Shown: positions 48,961 through 61,432 of the stretch, piece by piece | How positions within the stretch are numbered: position 1 is the stretch's first letter | Layout of the letters: the number at the start of each line of letters is the position of its first letter | Assembly: GCA_035221665.1 (NCBI GenBank) | Contig: CM069135.1 | Location: 92,380,001 to 92,444,000, forward strand | Reading direction: 5' to 3' | DNA from: Okamejei kenojei | Lineage: Eukaryota | DNA length: 64,000 nt | Translations under genes and position numbers: made by a program | Notes under the pieces: generated by a model | The model's input: the letters and a program-made list of their open reading frames with translations, nothing else | Database searches by the model: none | What the model was told of the DNA's origin: nothing

Positions 48961-49829
48961 CTTTTATCTAAAGGAATATATAATAGGGCAAATGGTTTAG
49001 CTCGACATACCCGACTTTACACCCGAACTCCGAAATAGATGAATTTCAAGACCTTGAGTATCTCTCACATATATACCTCCTTTGCATTAATTTATAACTC
49101 CATTCAAAGTAAAAATAATAATAACAAGAGATAATATTAAAAAAGGATAGATTAAGAGATTAATAGGGTGCACAAGAGAAAGAAAAAACTAATCTAATAT
49201 TGGTGTAGTTAGTGTTAGCCATACACCATGGCTAGCAATCTATAGACTCCGTAGTCGATGTTACTAACTTAACCATTTCCATGATTCATTAAAATTGTTA
49301 TTCCATCCAAATATTTAAACCGGGTGTATTAAACTCTGATGTGTACAAAATCCATCAGTCAAGTATTTGATAATATCTATACTTAATACTTATTAAAAGC
49401 AATAAAATAAGAAAATATAAAAAATAAAGTAATAATAAAAAATAAGAAAAAGGGAAGAAAAATATTTAAAAAGTTAAAAAAATAATAATAAAAAGTACCA
49501 GGGGGGATAAATAGTTTTATATTTTGGCGTATTTATATTTACTATTTACTTAATCCTAATAAATCAGCTATAGTTAGTTGTTAATCATTAATTGGTAGTT
49601 ATTATTAGCTTTAATTAATAATAATACCAGAGTATTAAATTTAGTAATGTGTTAGTTTATTAATATTAGCAGTGTTACTATTCTAATTATTAGTATCCAT
49701 AGGAGCGTCTCCAATCCGTATCTCCCCGAATCTCCCATCCGCATCCTTCTCCATCTTCTTTAGATGAAACAACTCCATAGTCCATAGTCCATTCCAATCT
49801 TGAAAATATAATTTAATTGTTGTTATAGT

Positions 49830-50911
49830 TCATCTTTGAAGCTTTCATTCAGTCTACCTCTCGCTCCTTAATCCCTTGGCAAAGCTCATTGCATTCGCTG
49901 GGTTTTTGAAATAATGTTCTTCCTGGTTGTAGGTAATTCTCAGGGTGGCTGGGTACCTCAGACAGTATTTCAGATTCTTCACTGCCCTCAAAATTCTTTG
50001 GTCTCCTTGAACGCATTTCATTTCTTGGAGACCTCTGCTGATAGTCTCAGTAGATGCTTGATCGATTCTTCTTTATATGTAAGATTTCTACTTTTTATAA
50101 TTTTTCTCCATCATCTCCTCCAGGACATGATATACTGGACTTTTACTATCATTTGTCTTGGAGGGGCGTCTTGCTTTGTATAAACGTCTCTTACTCTGTG
50201 TGCTCGGGCTAGTAAAGGCTTTTGTTCCAGAGATAAAACCTTTGCAGTAGTTTGCAGTAAATCTTGGGTATCTTGATTCTTTTCTCTCCCTTCTCGAATA
50301 CCCACGATCCTTAGGTTCTGTATTCTCTGGCGTATTTCCAACTCGGTACACTTATCAGTTATTTGGCCCAGTAAGTCAGATAGACGTTGATTTTCTTTGA
50401 GGAGTGTTTTCGTAGACTGAGTACTTGTTTCGACTATTTCTACAAGGTTCTTTATGGCTGTTGACTGTCCTTGATTTCTTCCCCATGGGTTCCAATTATA
50501 TTCCACCTTATTTTCGATTTTTTCATTCATCTCTTCCGCTATACTTGCAGATTGATCCGTCAATATTTCTGCAATTTCCTTTCGCAGTTTGTCAGATAAT
50601 CTGTGGCCAAGGTATTAATTTCAAACTTTAACTCCTTCATCTCCTCCTTGATTTTTTTCTATTTCTTCTTAATATTCATTTTTGCCAATTTAGTCTTTAA
50701 TTCCAACTTTAACTCTGCCATTTTCTTGTACAAAAATAACTTTGAGTTCTTCAATTTCCGATTTTTTCTTCGGTTTTTTTTCGACATATCTTCTAGGGAT
50801 AGTGTCCTACCTGAGGCTGAGGCTCCAGTCAGGCCTTGTTCGTGTGTCTGCCGTTTTCCTTGTATACCGGAGTTTTGTTTTTATCTGCAGGTGGGCTGCG
50901 CTGTGTTGCCA
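49830..50911 (-). pseudogene. L1 ORF1
   Basis: Coiled coil, LEIRQRIQNLRIVGIREG, RAHRV and PPRQMIVK. Confidence 0.85.
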
Positions 50912-51538
50912 TTACGAGTCGCGCGCCTGATGACGTCACTCACGGCAGCCGGTGCAAAAACAGCAGGCAGCAGGTAGGTCTTTTCTCCCCGGTTTTTCCT
51001 CATTTTTTTCACGGAGCTGGCTGGCATTGCTTTCTAGCCCTCCATAGCACCACCAGAAGTCCAAATTTGCTACAGTTTCATGAGAATATTACACACACAG
51101 CTGATTGAGTAGAGCTTGCAGACAGGTGTTTTGGAATATAAAGAAGGCCTTTGATAAGATGCTACGTTAAAGAGCAGTACACAATATAAAAGATCACAGC
51201 ATGGGAACAAGTGTGTTCATGACTTGTTACCACATAGAAATCAAGGAGTCACAATAAGCTGGTCTTATTCAGGATGGAAGGATGTAACTAAAAGAGTGTC
51301 ACAAGGATTAGTTCTTGACCCTCAGTTATTTACTATTTTTGTTAATGACATGGAGGAAAAGAAGAGAATTTAAATGTGCTACATTTGCTGCTGATGTGAA
51401 ATAGTGGGAGGATATGCTGTGTTGAGAACATTTAGATTCAGTTAAACTATATAGAATGGTTGAGTGAGGGGAAGAAAACAGCAAATTTGATTGAGGAAAG
51501 TGAGGCTACACACTTCAGGAGTGGGACTCAATAGGCAG

Positions 51539-51768
51539 TGTTGTGAGGTAAATGAAACTTTCACTACTTGTAATTTACTTAACTTTATTTAAGCTTTAAT
51601 CAACTTATTTCTTTAATACATTACTCAGAAACGTCTGGCAAACATGGCTGATTCGCAGGCCTTTCCCGCCCGAAAAATATTTTGCACATGCGCACACTCC
51701 GGGAATGTCCTGCACATGCGCACACTCTAGAAGAGCCCCACCATGCGCACACGCATGCGCCCACATCA
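51539..51768 (-). repeat. 3' LTR of second Gypsy
   Basis: First ~100 bp match 61328-61432; PPT AGGAGGGAGAA on the minus strand abuts it. Confidence 0.85.
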
Positions 51769-54354
51769 TTCTCCCTCCTATTTATAAGTTGAGATGGTTC
51801 AGGAGGTTTAATACATCTTGCATGACCGTCGGCAGAACTGGAGCTTTCAGGATTCGGTTGGTAATAGGCGGTTTCAATAGCTGGTGGGAGTTAGTATTGT
51901 GGCTTGGTCATCAACTTCACTCATTATTGTTTATTTAGATTTACAATTTCAGATAAATTTCTCTTATAGAAGTTTTCCATAAGGGATGCTGGAAGTGTTG
52001 GAGGGAGTTTCTCGATTAGTGTTATAGAAGAATGTGACGGAGCTGATGGAGTTGACGGACATGGTGCAAGGTCACGGAAGAGAGACAGTATGTGACTGGA
52101 GTCGTTCATCCTGATACTTGAGTAGTTGCTATAAGAAGGGTTTGACATTCTAGTCAGTTCCAACTTCATCAACAAAACGGCTCGTCTTTCATATTTAATC
52201 GGACATAACGGACGAAGCAACATGGTTCCAGGGCTAGTCAACACTTGATGGAATCGAGAGGATGAGTTACCGCTAGAAGAACGCCGTTGAAGTTAAAGAA
52301 CCGCTCATGTGGAGTAGTATTGGTAAGCCCCCCAGTTGACAGGTCAAGAGATCTGAATGAGATGTAATGCATCGGAGACACATTCACACTGCTGTTCTGG
52401 TATGTCATTTGACTTTAAAGGCCAGTTCCACTGCATTCCAAATGATTTCCATTATACCTATCAACCTGACCATTTCCAACAGCATGATATGTTTTGTTGT
52501 TGTTTTTACTTGTTGCAATTCCTCTCTTAGAAGTAGGTAGTCCTTTAAATCTTTCGACAATGAATGAGGTCGCGCCCTTTCAGAATGTATGTAACTTTTG
52601 TATGGAAAATCACACAGAATGAAAATGCAGGTTGATTCTAAACATTTGATAACCGCAGCAGATGACATATTTGGAACAAGGAAAAGCAAATGGAAACCTC
52701 GAACGAATAATTCGTCAATTAAGGTTAAGTTATTATACACAGTTTGAGAGGAGGATGGTAAAGGCCCTTTAAAGTCAATAAACTCAAAACGATTCCATAG
52801 GTCGAGTAGCTATTGATTCAACCTTCCTTCTTCAGGACGGAAGAACCTTGGTTTTAATCTCAGCACAGATTCTACATGAAGCCACACGTCATCTTCCATC
52901 TTCTGTAGAGAAAAGTAATTTTTTGACACGACCAGTAGTGTAACTATGAGTGACTCACTGGATGAGCACCCCATTGTGAAGATCAGTGATTGCAGAAGAA
53001 TGAACAGAGGGCACAAAATGCTCAGGTTAATGTATCTGGATGAGCAAACATTTATCCATTATCCTTAAGGGCGGTAAACTCATTTATGGAATAACGATAG
53101 TGCAGATAATTCAATCGCTCTATTTCAGAATTTTTACTGTTCTTAATCTTCGTGTCGTTTCCGATTATCGAATAATAGCTACGAACCGCTGATCTGTTAT
53201 GCATAAGTGATTGCATGGCAGAGGAAGGGAAATTGACTCAATTTACTCACTGCTTTACAATAAAATGTTTTGTCCTTTTTCGACGGGTGGTAAGTGCATT
53301 TCATAACTTGGAGAGTGATGAACATGAATGCCATCTGTCTCCTCCTTGTTTAATGTTGCAGAACTGGCTAAAATCAGAGGCATCACATTCCAACAACCAA
53401 AGGAGGAGAATCCTCGTCGATGGTGTGTAATGTCGCAAAGATATTCCAATTGTCTTTTATAAGGAGAGTAAAAGCACACAAAATTGCTGTAGAGTCAAGG
53501 GGGAAAGATTTTGCTCTATCAAAAGGTCTGAATTTTGCAAAAAATTTGGTATCCTTTGCTTACATAGGCAAAAAATCCCAAGGACTCGAGAGAGTTTAAA
53601 TGTAACTGGAATAGTATCCTCTTGGATGTGGGCGGATCCTTTCTGGATCAGGCTTGTTTATATCATTTCCAAACCAATAATCCTAAGAATGATTAATTGA
53701 TGTCACATGATGTTATTGACTTAGCCTCATTTTAATGTTAGATTTTTAGATTGTACACATCTAAAATCCGTTGTTACATTTTCATCATGTTCGCTTGGTC
53801 TTCTACTGCACTAGTCTATATTCTATCAAGATAAGGGAAAAATATCTTTAAGGTTTTCCTGTTCAACAAGTTTTCCAGCTCTCTGAAATGAAAAAACACA
53901 GCCCACCCAGTATTTACACCAAAAGGAACTCTGCAGTAGTGATTATAATTTCCCATTTGCTTCAAATGCAGCAGTGTATTTTTTTCTCATTGAATTCCTA
54001 AAGGAATTTGTAGTAAGGCAATTGAAAGACTTTTTAAGTCAAAAGTAGAGAAAGATCTCACTATTAACTTAGTAATGTACCAGCCATATCCTTATTCGAG
54101 GTTAGTGGATATCATCAAGGTCATGGACTGGTTTATACGTTTTGAAGAGTTAATCAATGCAGAGTATTTTTCTTGTCCTCTCCTTGAACCATGACTACTT
54201 GTGCCCTCCAATGGAAAAGTCTGGGTTTATGATACCTTCTCTGTAAACAGACCTAGTTAATCTTGTTGTAACTATTCCCATCATCTTTAACTATAGTGTC
54301 TTGATGTATTTTATAGCAATTTGGTTGCACTTGGAGAATAAAATTAGTGATATT

Positions 54355-57300
54355 TAGTAGGAGTTAACGATGAACTACCAAGTTTGAAAGTTATCTGCTA
54401 TTTTACGAGGAGAGATCGCGGTGAGGGATTTCGGAAGACCGCAAGACGCATGCGCGGGCTTCCTTCAATCAGCGTTGTGGAATCACAACAACAAATCATG
54501 AGTAAAAAAATTAGTAGATGAAACCGTTAAAACTTTCCTGGTTGACTTATGATAGAGGTGGGAGCGATGTGGTGCACGAAATCCCTCACCGCACTCCTCG
54601 TAAAAATACAGATCAAACCTTCAAACTTGGTGTAGGGTTCTCAGATTTAATCTTACTATTTTATTCGAGTTGTGACGTGACTCCATGAGGATTTTCAAAG
54701 CTCTGTGATTCACACCCCTGGACAACGTCCATGCTTATCACACTGCCGCCATTCTGTTGGAGGAAGGCTGTTAATGGAGTTCAGCGGAAACTGGCTATAA
54801 AAATCAACAGATTTATGATCATAATAGACAAAGCAACAAATAACCCCTATTCGGGGACAGGACATTCACTGATCAGGTTCCCAGGATAGCTTCTGCGATG
54901 TCGGTGGGGGAAGGTGGCTTTGTTATAGAACCGTTGAAAAGGGTTTCTTCACTGGCCCAGCCCGCAGTGGCAAGAATGTGGTCCATGGGCACCTCCATGG
55001 CCCTCGCCGCTGATCGTGATGCAGATGCCCCTGGTGGAAAATGAGACTTAAAATGCTCAGTGCATACTCCATGCATCCAACACCACCCGAGGCCACCCTG
55101 GCGATAGTTGTGTAGTCACACACGAAGATGGCGGAGGTTTATGACTGATGAGGAGCACCCTGTTCCTTCATCCTGGATAATCAGAGTTTAACTCGGTTGT
55201 GTAGTGGTGGAGAAATGGGTGGACTATGCAGAGAGTGGCAGCTACAGGGTACGCCCGAAATTCCAACTGCAGCCATGCAGCCCCTGGCCTGTGCTGTTTT
55301 AATAATTCTTTGACAAATAATTTTATTTGGGGTGGTGGCCTCCTTGCTGTCCAGTCGCTTTTTTTTGTAACGTCTGGACTCTCGTAGGGCGGTAGTCAGA
55401 ATGCCATCAGCACTCACCTTGAAGGGTGAGCTTTTCAGTGGTTAGCTCATCCATGTGGAGCCCAGCTCTAAGTGGGTCGCACGCATCCACCCATTCCCAG
55501 TACGTTACTGTATATCTGGGTCGTGCAAGGGTTGGTGTTGGAACCACTCACCTCATTAGTTTAGTCACCAGGTGGTTGGGAGCTGTACCTATATACAGTA
55601 TGAGGACAGCGCACTTCCTGGCGCTGTATGGCACTGTAGCTGAGGCAGCATCGAAAATGGAGGGCCGCTAGAAAACTCCAGGACATCAGGTATTGCTGAG
55701 TTGAGACTTGTTGGTCCAGGCACAGAAACTCTACCATTTTCTGATCTGGGGTGAGGTACTGTTTCCGAGTTGACTTCGCATGATATGTCGGCGCTAAGTA
55801 TGGCTCGTGAGAGATGCCCTGCCTCCGGGTGAGGATCTTTTCAAAACCTGCGCCAAACAAGTTTAAAGATTGACCTTGGCAAGGATTTGGGACTAAACCC
55901 CCGTAATGGCCGGTGTGTTATTCAATTTGGGGTGTTTTCACCATTTGCCATCCTGGTTCGTTATTAAAATTTTATACGACCACTCGGGGTACCTTGGTTG
56001 TGTAGGCGTCGGGGATGATCAATATGCTGTTGCAGTGTTCTAATTTATTTTCTGCAATACCGAATGATGAGGCAATAATGGGGGAAAAGCGTTGCAAAAA
56101 CCATTGCCCATATGGATAGAAAAAAATCCATTGCTATTGCCCCTGGGTTTGGTTCCCATGACACATCGTGGTATCTGATGGTTCAGCCTGAGACGCTAAA
56201 TAGGTCAATATCTGGTGGGTGTCCCCAAAATGAGCTATAATATCTCCTAAAATTTGGGGGTTCAACATCCACTCGATGTTGCATGAAGACTCGTGATGCG
56301 TGTCCGCAATGTATTAAGCTTCCCAAGCAAAATAGGTCGCACGTAATCCAAATATTTCTTTCAATGCACCAGTGCCAATTGTCATTAGCAAAATTCATCA
56401 CAAAGATAGGCGAACCTGATACCCACCCATATGATTGATGTTAAGCACCACTGTGTATGAGCTATTTGAAGGCGACAATTAATCCGTGAAATTTAGTAAC
56501 AGTAAGCCGCGCAAGCTCCATGAAATGCCCCCCCCCAGCTTTCTTATATAATTATCCATGTGACTCCAGGAAGTAGATACGCTTGAGAGTTCCAATCTGC
56601 CACCAACAATGGACATGTATCAGTTGCTCCCCAGCCTTGGCCATTTGCGTCTGTAGTTGTAGCACAAACCATTCTGGGTTTCTCGCCTATGATGGGTCTA
56701 TGACACTCATTTTCTAAATATTGTCACACCCACCATGTAGCATCGTTTATAGCTCCGGTGGTAACCGAATGGCGATCAATGTGCCCAGGCAGGCTTACTT
56801 TCTTTTATGCGGTGATTTTTGATCTTTGTTAAATTTTCGGTAGTTTTTATAGCAGTCCGAAATCGTCAGTGGGAATGTAGCTACCCAATTTGCTATAAAC
56901 CTTTGCTGTTTGTCCGAATTATTCGTGGTACCCTGGCGCATGCGAGAATGTGGCAAATCTTTTATTATAGCAGTAGCTTTTTAGTTGGATGGTTATCTTC
57001 ATTAAATGGTGTTGTCTAGGTTGAACCCAATATCCATAACCCGTTACCGGATGCAATATGATTTGTCCTGGATGGATTACAAACCCCAGGTTTTCTCGAT
57101 CAGAGCCTTTGGTTGCCATGCCACTCCTTGAATTGCCAATTGGAGGGTTGACCAACTATAAGGAATATCTATCCAAATATGCCATTTACCATATAGTTTT
57201 GTCGTCGGAGAAAAGATGCCAAATATAGGTTTTACCAATTTGGAAACAGCCTAGGGGCCTAGTGGGTTGATTCATTTGGGCAATGCCTCTTGATACTCCC

Positions 57301-59948
57301 ATTAATTTGACCCCCCAGACAAAACTCAGAAATTTTCCTGTGAGACTCATGCAATGGGCACCTATAGTATGCATCTTTCAAATCGATGCCTCCATGCCAT
57401 AAAGTACCACCGGGGTAAAGCATCTGCCTAGATGTTTCTAAAGTAGTATCCATTTGAAATGGGTATATTGTACAAAAGTGTTCAACCTGTTAAGTCTAAT
57501 TATAATCTGACATCCCCCATCTTTTTTAATTCTAGTTGAATGTTAGACACAACTTCAAAGCAGGATCATGCTAGGTTTTGCCCAATTACCCTTTTTCTTG
57601 CTAGCCGTTAATTTCACCATGTCTATCTTGTTGGTGATAGAGAAAACTTCCTTGAGGCGAATGCTGTAGGGGGATTTTACCCCAATAAATCTATAAATAC
57701 CTTGTACACTTTGTATATAAAACTCATATGGGTGAAGTTTCCATATGTCACAAGTAAGCCCGCGTAATCGCCACCTATCCACCTATGCGGTGCGGGAGGA
57801 ATGCTCGGCGTGAAGGAACCAGAACCCCTTACCTCATGGTAAACGGTTCCGTACGGTACGGTGTTTGTGGGTGGTGGACGTTTGGAAGGTTGGACCGGGG
57901 CGCGGCCGGCCCATTTTTTTTTACATGCAGGCCGCTGTTGGATGTTTGCCCTAAAAAAGGTGATTGTGTTTGATTGAGCATGGAGGTATAAGGATCTTTG
58001 TGTTGCCCATGTGCGGCAGCCTTAGTGTTCCCAAGTTGGTTTTTAGGCTTGCTGGTTGATATGGGTGAAGTCTGGTGACGGGAGGTTTCATGAGGCTGCT
58101 GTTTTGGCATCCTCGTCCAATTCCTTCACTGTTTGGACGTAGGTCTCCGAATAAATCTACTGCGGCGGTGGACGCGGTTGATGGTCGGCACAACCAACCA
58201 GCGATTTGGGGTTGATGTGTGGGCTTTATGGAGCTCCTTACGCAGGCAGTTTATTTCATATTGGGCGTTGCTAGGAGTGCCCAGTGAATCTTGGCGTTCA
58301 CTGGACACATTATCGCCGTCCAGGGTCCCCTAGCAAAAACGCCGTTATGCCCGTGGAGAGAACTTATTAAGGATACGGGTGGAGGCCGGACATCCTGCAT
58401 CCTGGTGGCCGTACTCAAGTGTCCCCAGATTTGTCTGGGCATTAACCAAGGGCACAACTGAGGTTGATGCAGTCTCTCGGGCCGGTTTTATTTTCTCCAA
58501 ACGTATCATTGAGATCCTGACTCTGAAGTTGGTGCGTATAGGTCAGGGTTAATCAATGGTGCCCGATCAATTTGTGCGTGCAGAGGTTCACCTGTCTGGG
58601 GTGGTGTAGCGGCAAAACATTACCTCACCACTTCCTTGCATATCCCTCCTACATGCTACTGGCTCAGCGCGGTTCACTGGCTTGTCCCGGGTCGCTCTTC
58701 AACGCAGCAGCTGGGACAATCACTCACGCTTCTGGTGGAGAGATGAGATGCTGAATGGGGTCCTCGCTCGGCTAGTGGATTGCCCGCTAGTCCCGCTCTA
58801 TCTCAGTTCCCGGTCCCACTGGAGGAGTTCGCTCTCACTAAGAGCTCCAACCGCTCTGATGGCGACCGTCCTTCTGCGATCTGCAGCGGACAAGCCGACT
58901 TCCACAGGGCCTGCGAATTCATAGGGGATTCCACCATCGGTCCACAACCCCCTTAGGGTGCTGTCTAGGGGGTCCAATGGCAGGATTGTTCGTGACTCTA
59001 CAGCCCAAGTAGGATCATTAGGACTCGCCAGCACGAGGACTCTCTCCGCTAGTCTGTCTTCTCCCAGACTGGTGGCGGCCACACCTGTCTGATATGAATG
59101 GCAGGTGAAGTTGAATCGGGCGCCTGCCCCGAAAACCTGGCCTCCCCTGAGTCCGTGCAGGCATACACTCCACACTTTTGCCCATCTTTTGGCGTGGAGG
59201 AGCATGGGTCGGCCGCTCCGAGGTGCTGAGCTCTGGAAACAGACCGCTTCCTGCTGCCACCTCCCGCCCTTGACCGCAGCCATGACGGGGTGTTGTTGTC
59301 GGCGGTATCTGCTCCAGCAGGCCTACACGACGCAGCAGTGATTATTGCCAGACTCTGCAACTATGGCAGATTTTCCCTGGCGGCGGTACGTTTATGCCAC
59401 ATTTTGCAGGGCTCTCCCTGTCGTGCAGCGGTCCCCCGGGCCCAGCCCCCTCGGGTGTCTTCTGGAGCTCGGGGTGAGGGGTTGCTTGTGGGAAAGCGAG
59501 AGGACCCCTTGTCACGTACCTGTTTTCCCCCTCTTTTCTTTGGGGGAAGGGGGCCACGAAGTCTGGATCCATATCCAGCTCGGCGCGCGGTAAACCACTC
59601 GAGGTGTAGTCGGCCCCTGAATCAGCGGTGATGCGCCCCGACTTCCGCAATCAGCCCCCACACTGCCTCGATGCTGCCGGTATTGCTTGTAGCTCGCTTC
59701 AGGGGGACAAGGGCCTTTGGCTGGGTTCGAGGCTCGGTCCCTCAAAACAGCGTTTGCCGTCTTCTTGCCCTTGTCCATCAGTGTGGAGTAAAGGTAAGTA
59801 CTTGCCTACCGGCCTTATGAAGGAGCTCCGAGGAGGAGAGCGCAACTCCCCCCCCAGCCTGTCCGAATGCGACCGCGACGGATATGCCGCGCATGCGTTG
59901 CTGGCGGGTTCTTCACGAAGTCATCTCCACGTGACTCCGATGTAAACA
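54355..59948 (-). mobile_element. Second DIRS1-like element, heavily frameshifted
   Basis: Termini and ICR (~54574-54695) homologous to those of the 2037 element. IDLKDAYY, WHWCIERNIWIT, PDIDLF and YR tail HILATAGWASEET. Confidence 0.85.
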
Positions 59949-61432
59949 TGAACAGATGCAGCAGAAACACCACACCAATTATCTGGTGGCTGCGCTTTTG
60001 ACAATTCAAGATCAGGCATAGTTCCTTCATACCATTCTTTGTGAAGTGATCTGTGCAGTTTCCTGGAAAATCTCTGACCTAGAATTTTTTCGCTACACAA
60101 GTTTTTCAATGTAAACCTAGACATTACAGATTTATAGCTAGTTTTATTCAAGAATAAAGTCTTACAATACAAGATCCTATTATAATTTGAGTGTCAAGAG
60201 TTGTGCCAGGAGCCATCTAAATTTCCCTTATTTGAAGGAATTATGGTTTAGATTTTAGTCGAGACACAACTTGTTTACTTATAAAAACTTTCTGAGACTG
60301 TCAGAATCAAGTAGATACATTAGTGTAATGGCATTGATGGATTACCATTGTGCTGCATGAGACAAGCTCTGAAGGAAAATGCAGCTGTAATTGCACATAA
60401 AGAAGGCGTTATACTTGGCAGCAGTCACAATTTTGTATTGAAGTTGCTTTGGTAGGTTGTGGACTTGCATACTCTTAGAATAATGTCCCCTTCGTGCTTG
60501 CCACAAACTTATTTACAGAATCGCCTCTCGAAGCAGGGCATCCTTCTCTCTCTTTATGATTATTGACCGCCGCAATAAGTAAACAGTTCCTTTTTGAATA
60601 ATTATATGCAGCAGCTAAGGGCACCTTTATCAGTAGAAATTAGTTTCAGTTTTCTCCATATTTGTACTTGGGTGAAAATTCGTTTGTAGTAGTTGCAGCT
60701 GAATACACATTAGATGAGCATAAGCATCTTGAATTTTTCTGAGCCAAGTCTAAAGAGTAAGCCTTGATTGTAAGTGAACTGGTAAATCCAAAGTTTTTTG
60801 TGTTCTAATTAGTCTCTGTCGTATTAAAGCGGCGATGCCTAACTTTGATAAAGTGAAGTCTCGAATAACTTCCTGTCGATATTGATCAGCCGGAAACTGC
60901 TTTTGAAGGCACAGTCTTTACTAAGTCTTTTGATGAAGTTCTATGTTAAGGAATTCATCAAGTTGACTCACCAGGTTTTTGTGTTACGAGTAGTTAGGAC
61001 CGGTTGTCTGAGCGAATATCACGTTGGCGTGTCTTAAACGAAGAGTCTGCTTAGTACATCAATAGCAGGAAATCGTAAGTTGTACATTCCCTCTATGTAC
61101 TCGTTATCACATCAGAAAGAGACGAAGCTTATTAAATGTCTTTAAGGCGTCTGTCTGGTGCATCGTTGCCACACTCCTCTAATAAGTTATATTAGTATAC
61201 GAAGCCAGTGCTTCCAATTCTTTGCAGGCTGCATGGTGTTGGGATTCCTGATCCAAGCGTTGGGGTTTCATATTTTCTCCATCCCAAGTCATGACTGTTG
61301 AACATTGTAAGATAAGTTGCTTAATATTGTTGTGATGGGTAAATGAAACTTTCACTACTTGTAAATTTACTTAAACTTTATTTAAGCTTTTAAGCAACTT
61401 ATTTCTTTAATAACATTTACTCTGGAAACTAC

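Larger units (their letters stand above)
44872..51061 (-). mobile_element. Full-length L1 LINE (~6.2 kb)
   Basis: 17-bp TSD CAAATTTGCTACAGTTT (44855-71 / 51062-78), 5' start GGACTTCTGG, ORF1, AT-rich spacer, ORF2, A-rich tail. Confidence 0.93.
51539..61432 (-). mobile_element. Ty3/Gypsy LTR retrotransposon with nested DIRS; 5' LTR truncated
   Basis: LTR 51539-51768 (TGTTGTG...CACATCA) with adjacent PPT, partial LTR 61328-61432. Integrase IDFKGPLPSS, RNase H ECDASDF, RT PWRAQVV/FSTFDLKS/RVPFGV, protease and gag at 59950-61290. Confidence 0.85.

Noticed and set aside
58570-59945. Many overlapping ORFs in GC-rich sequence
   Set aside because: Frameshifted DIRS ORF1/leader; high GC inflates ORF counts
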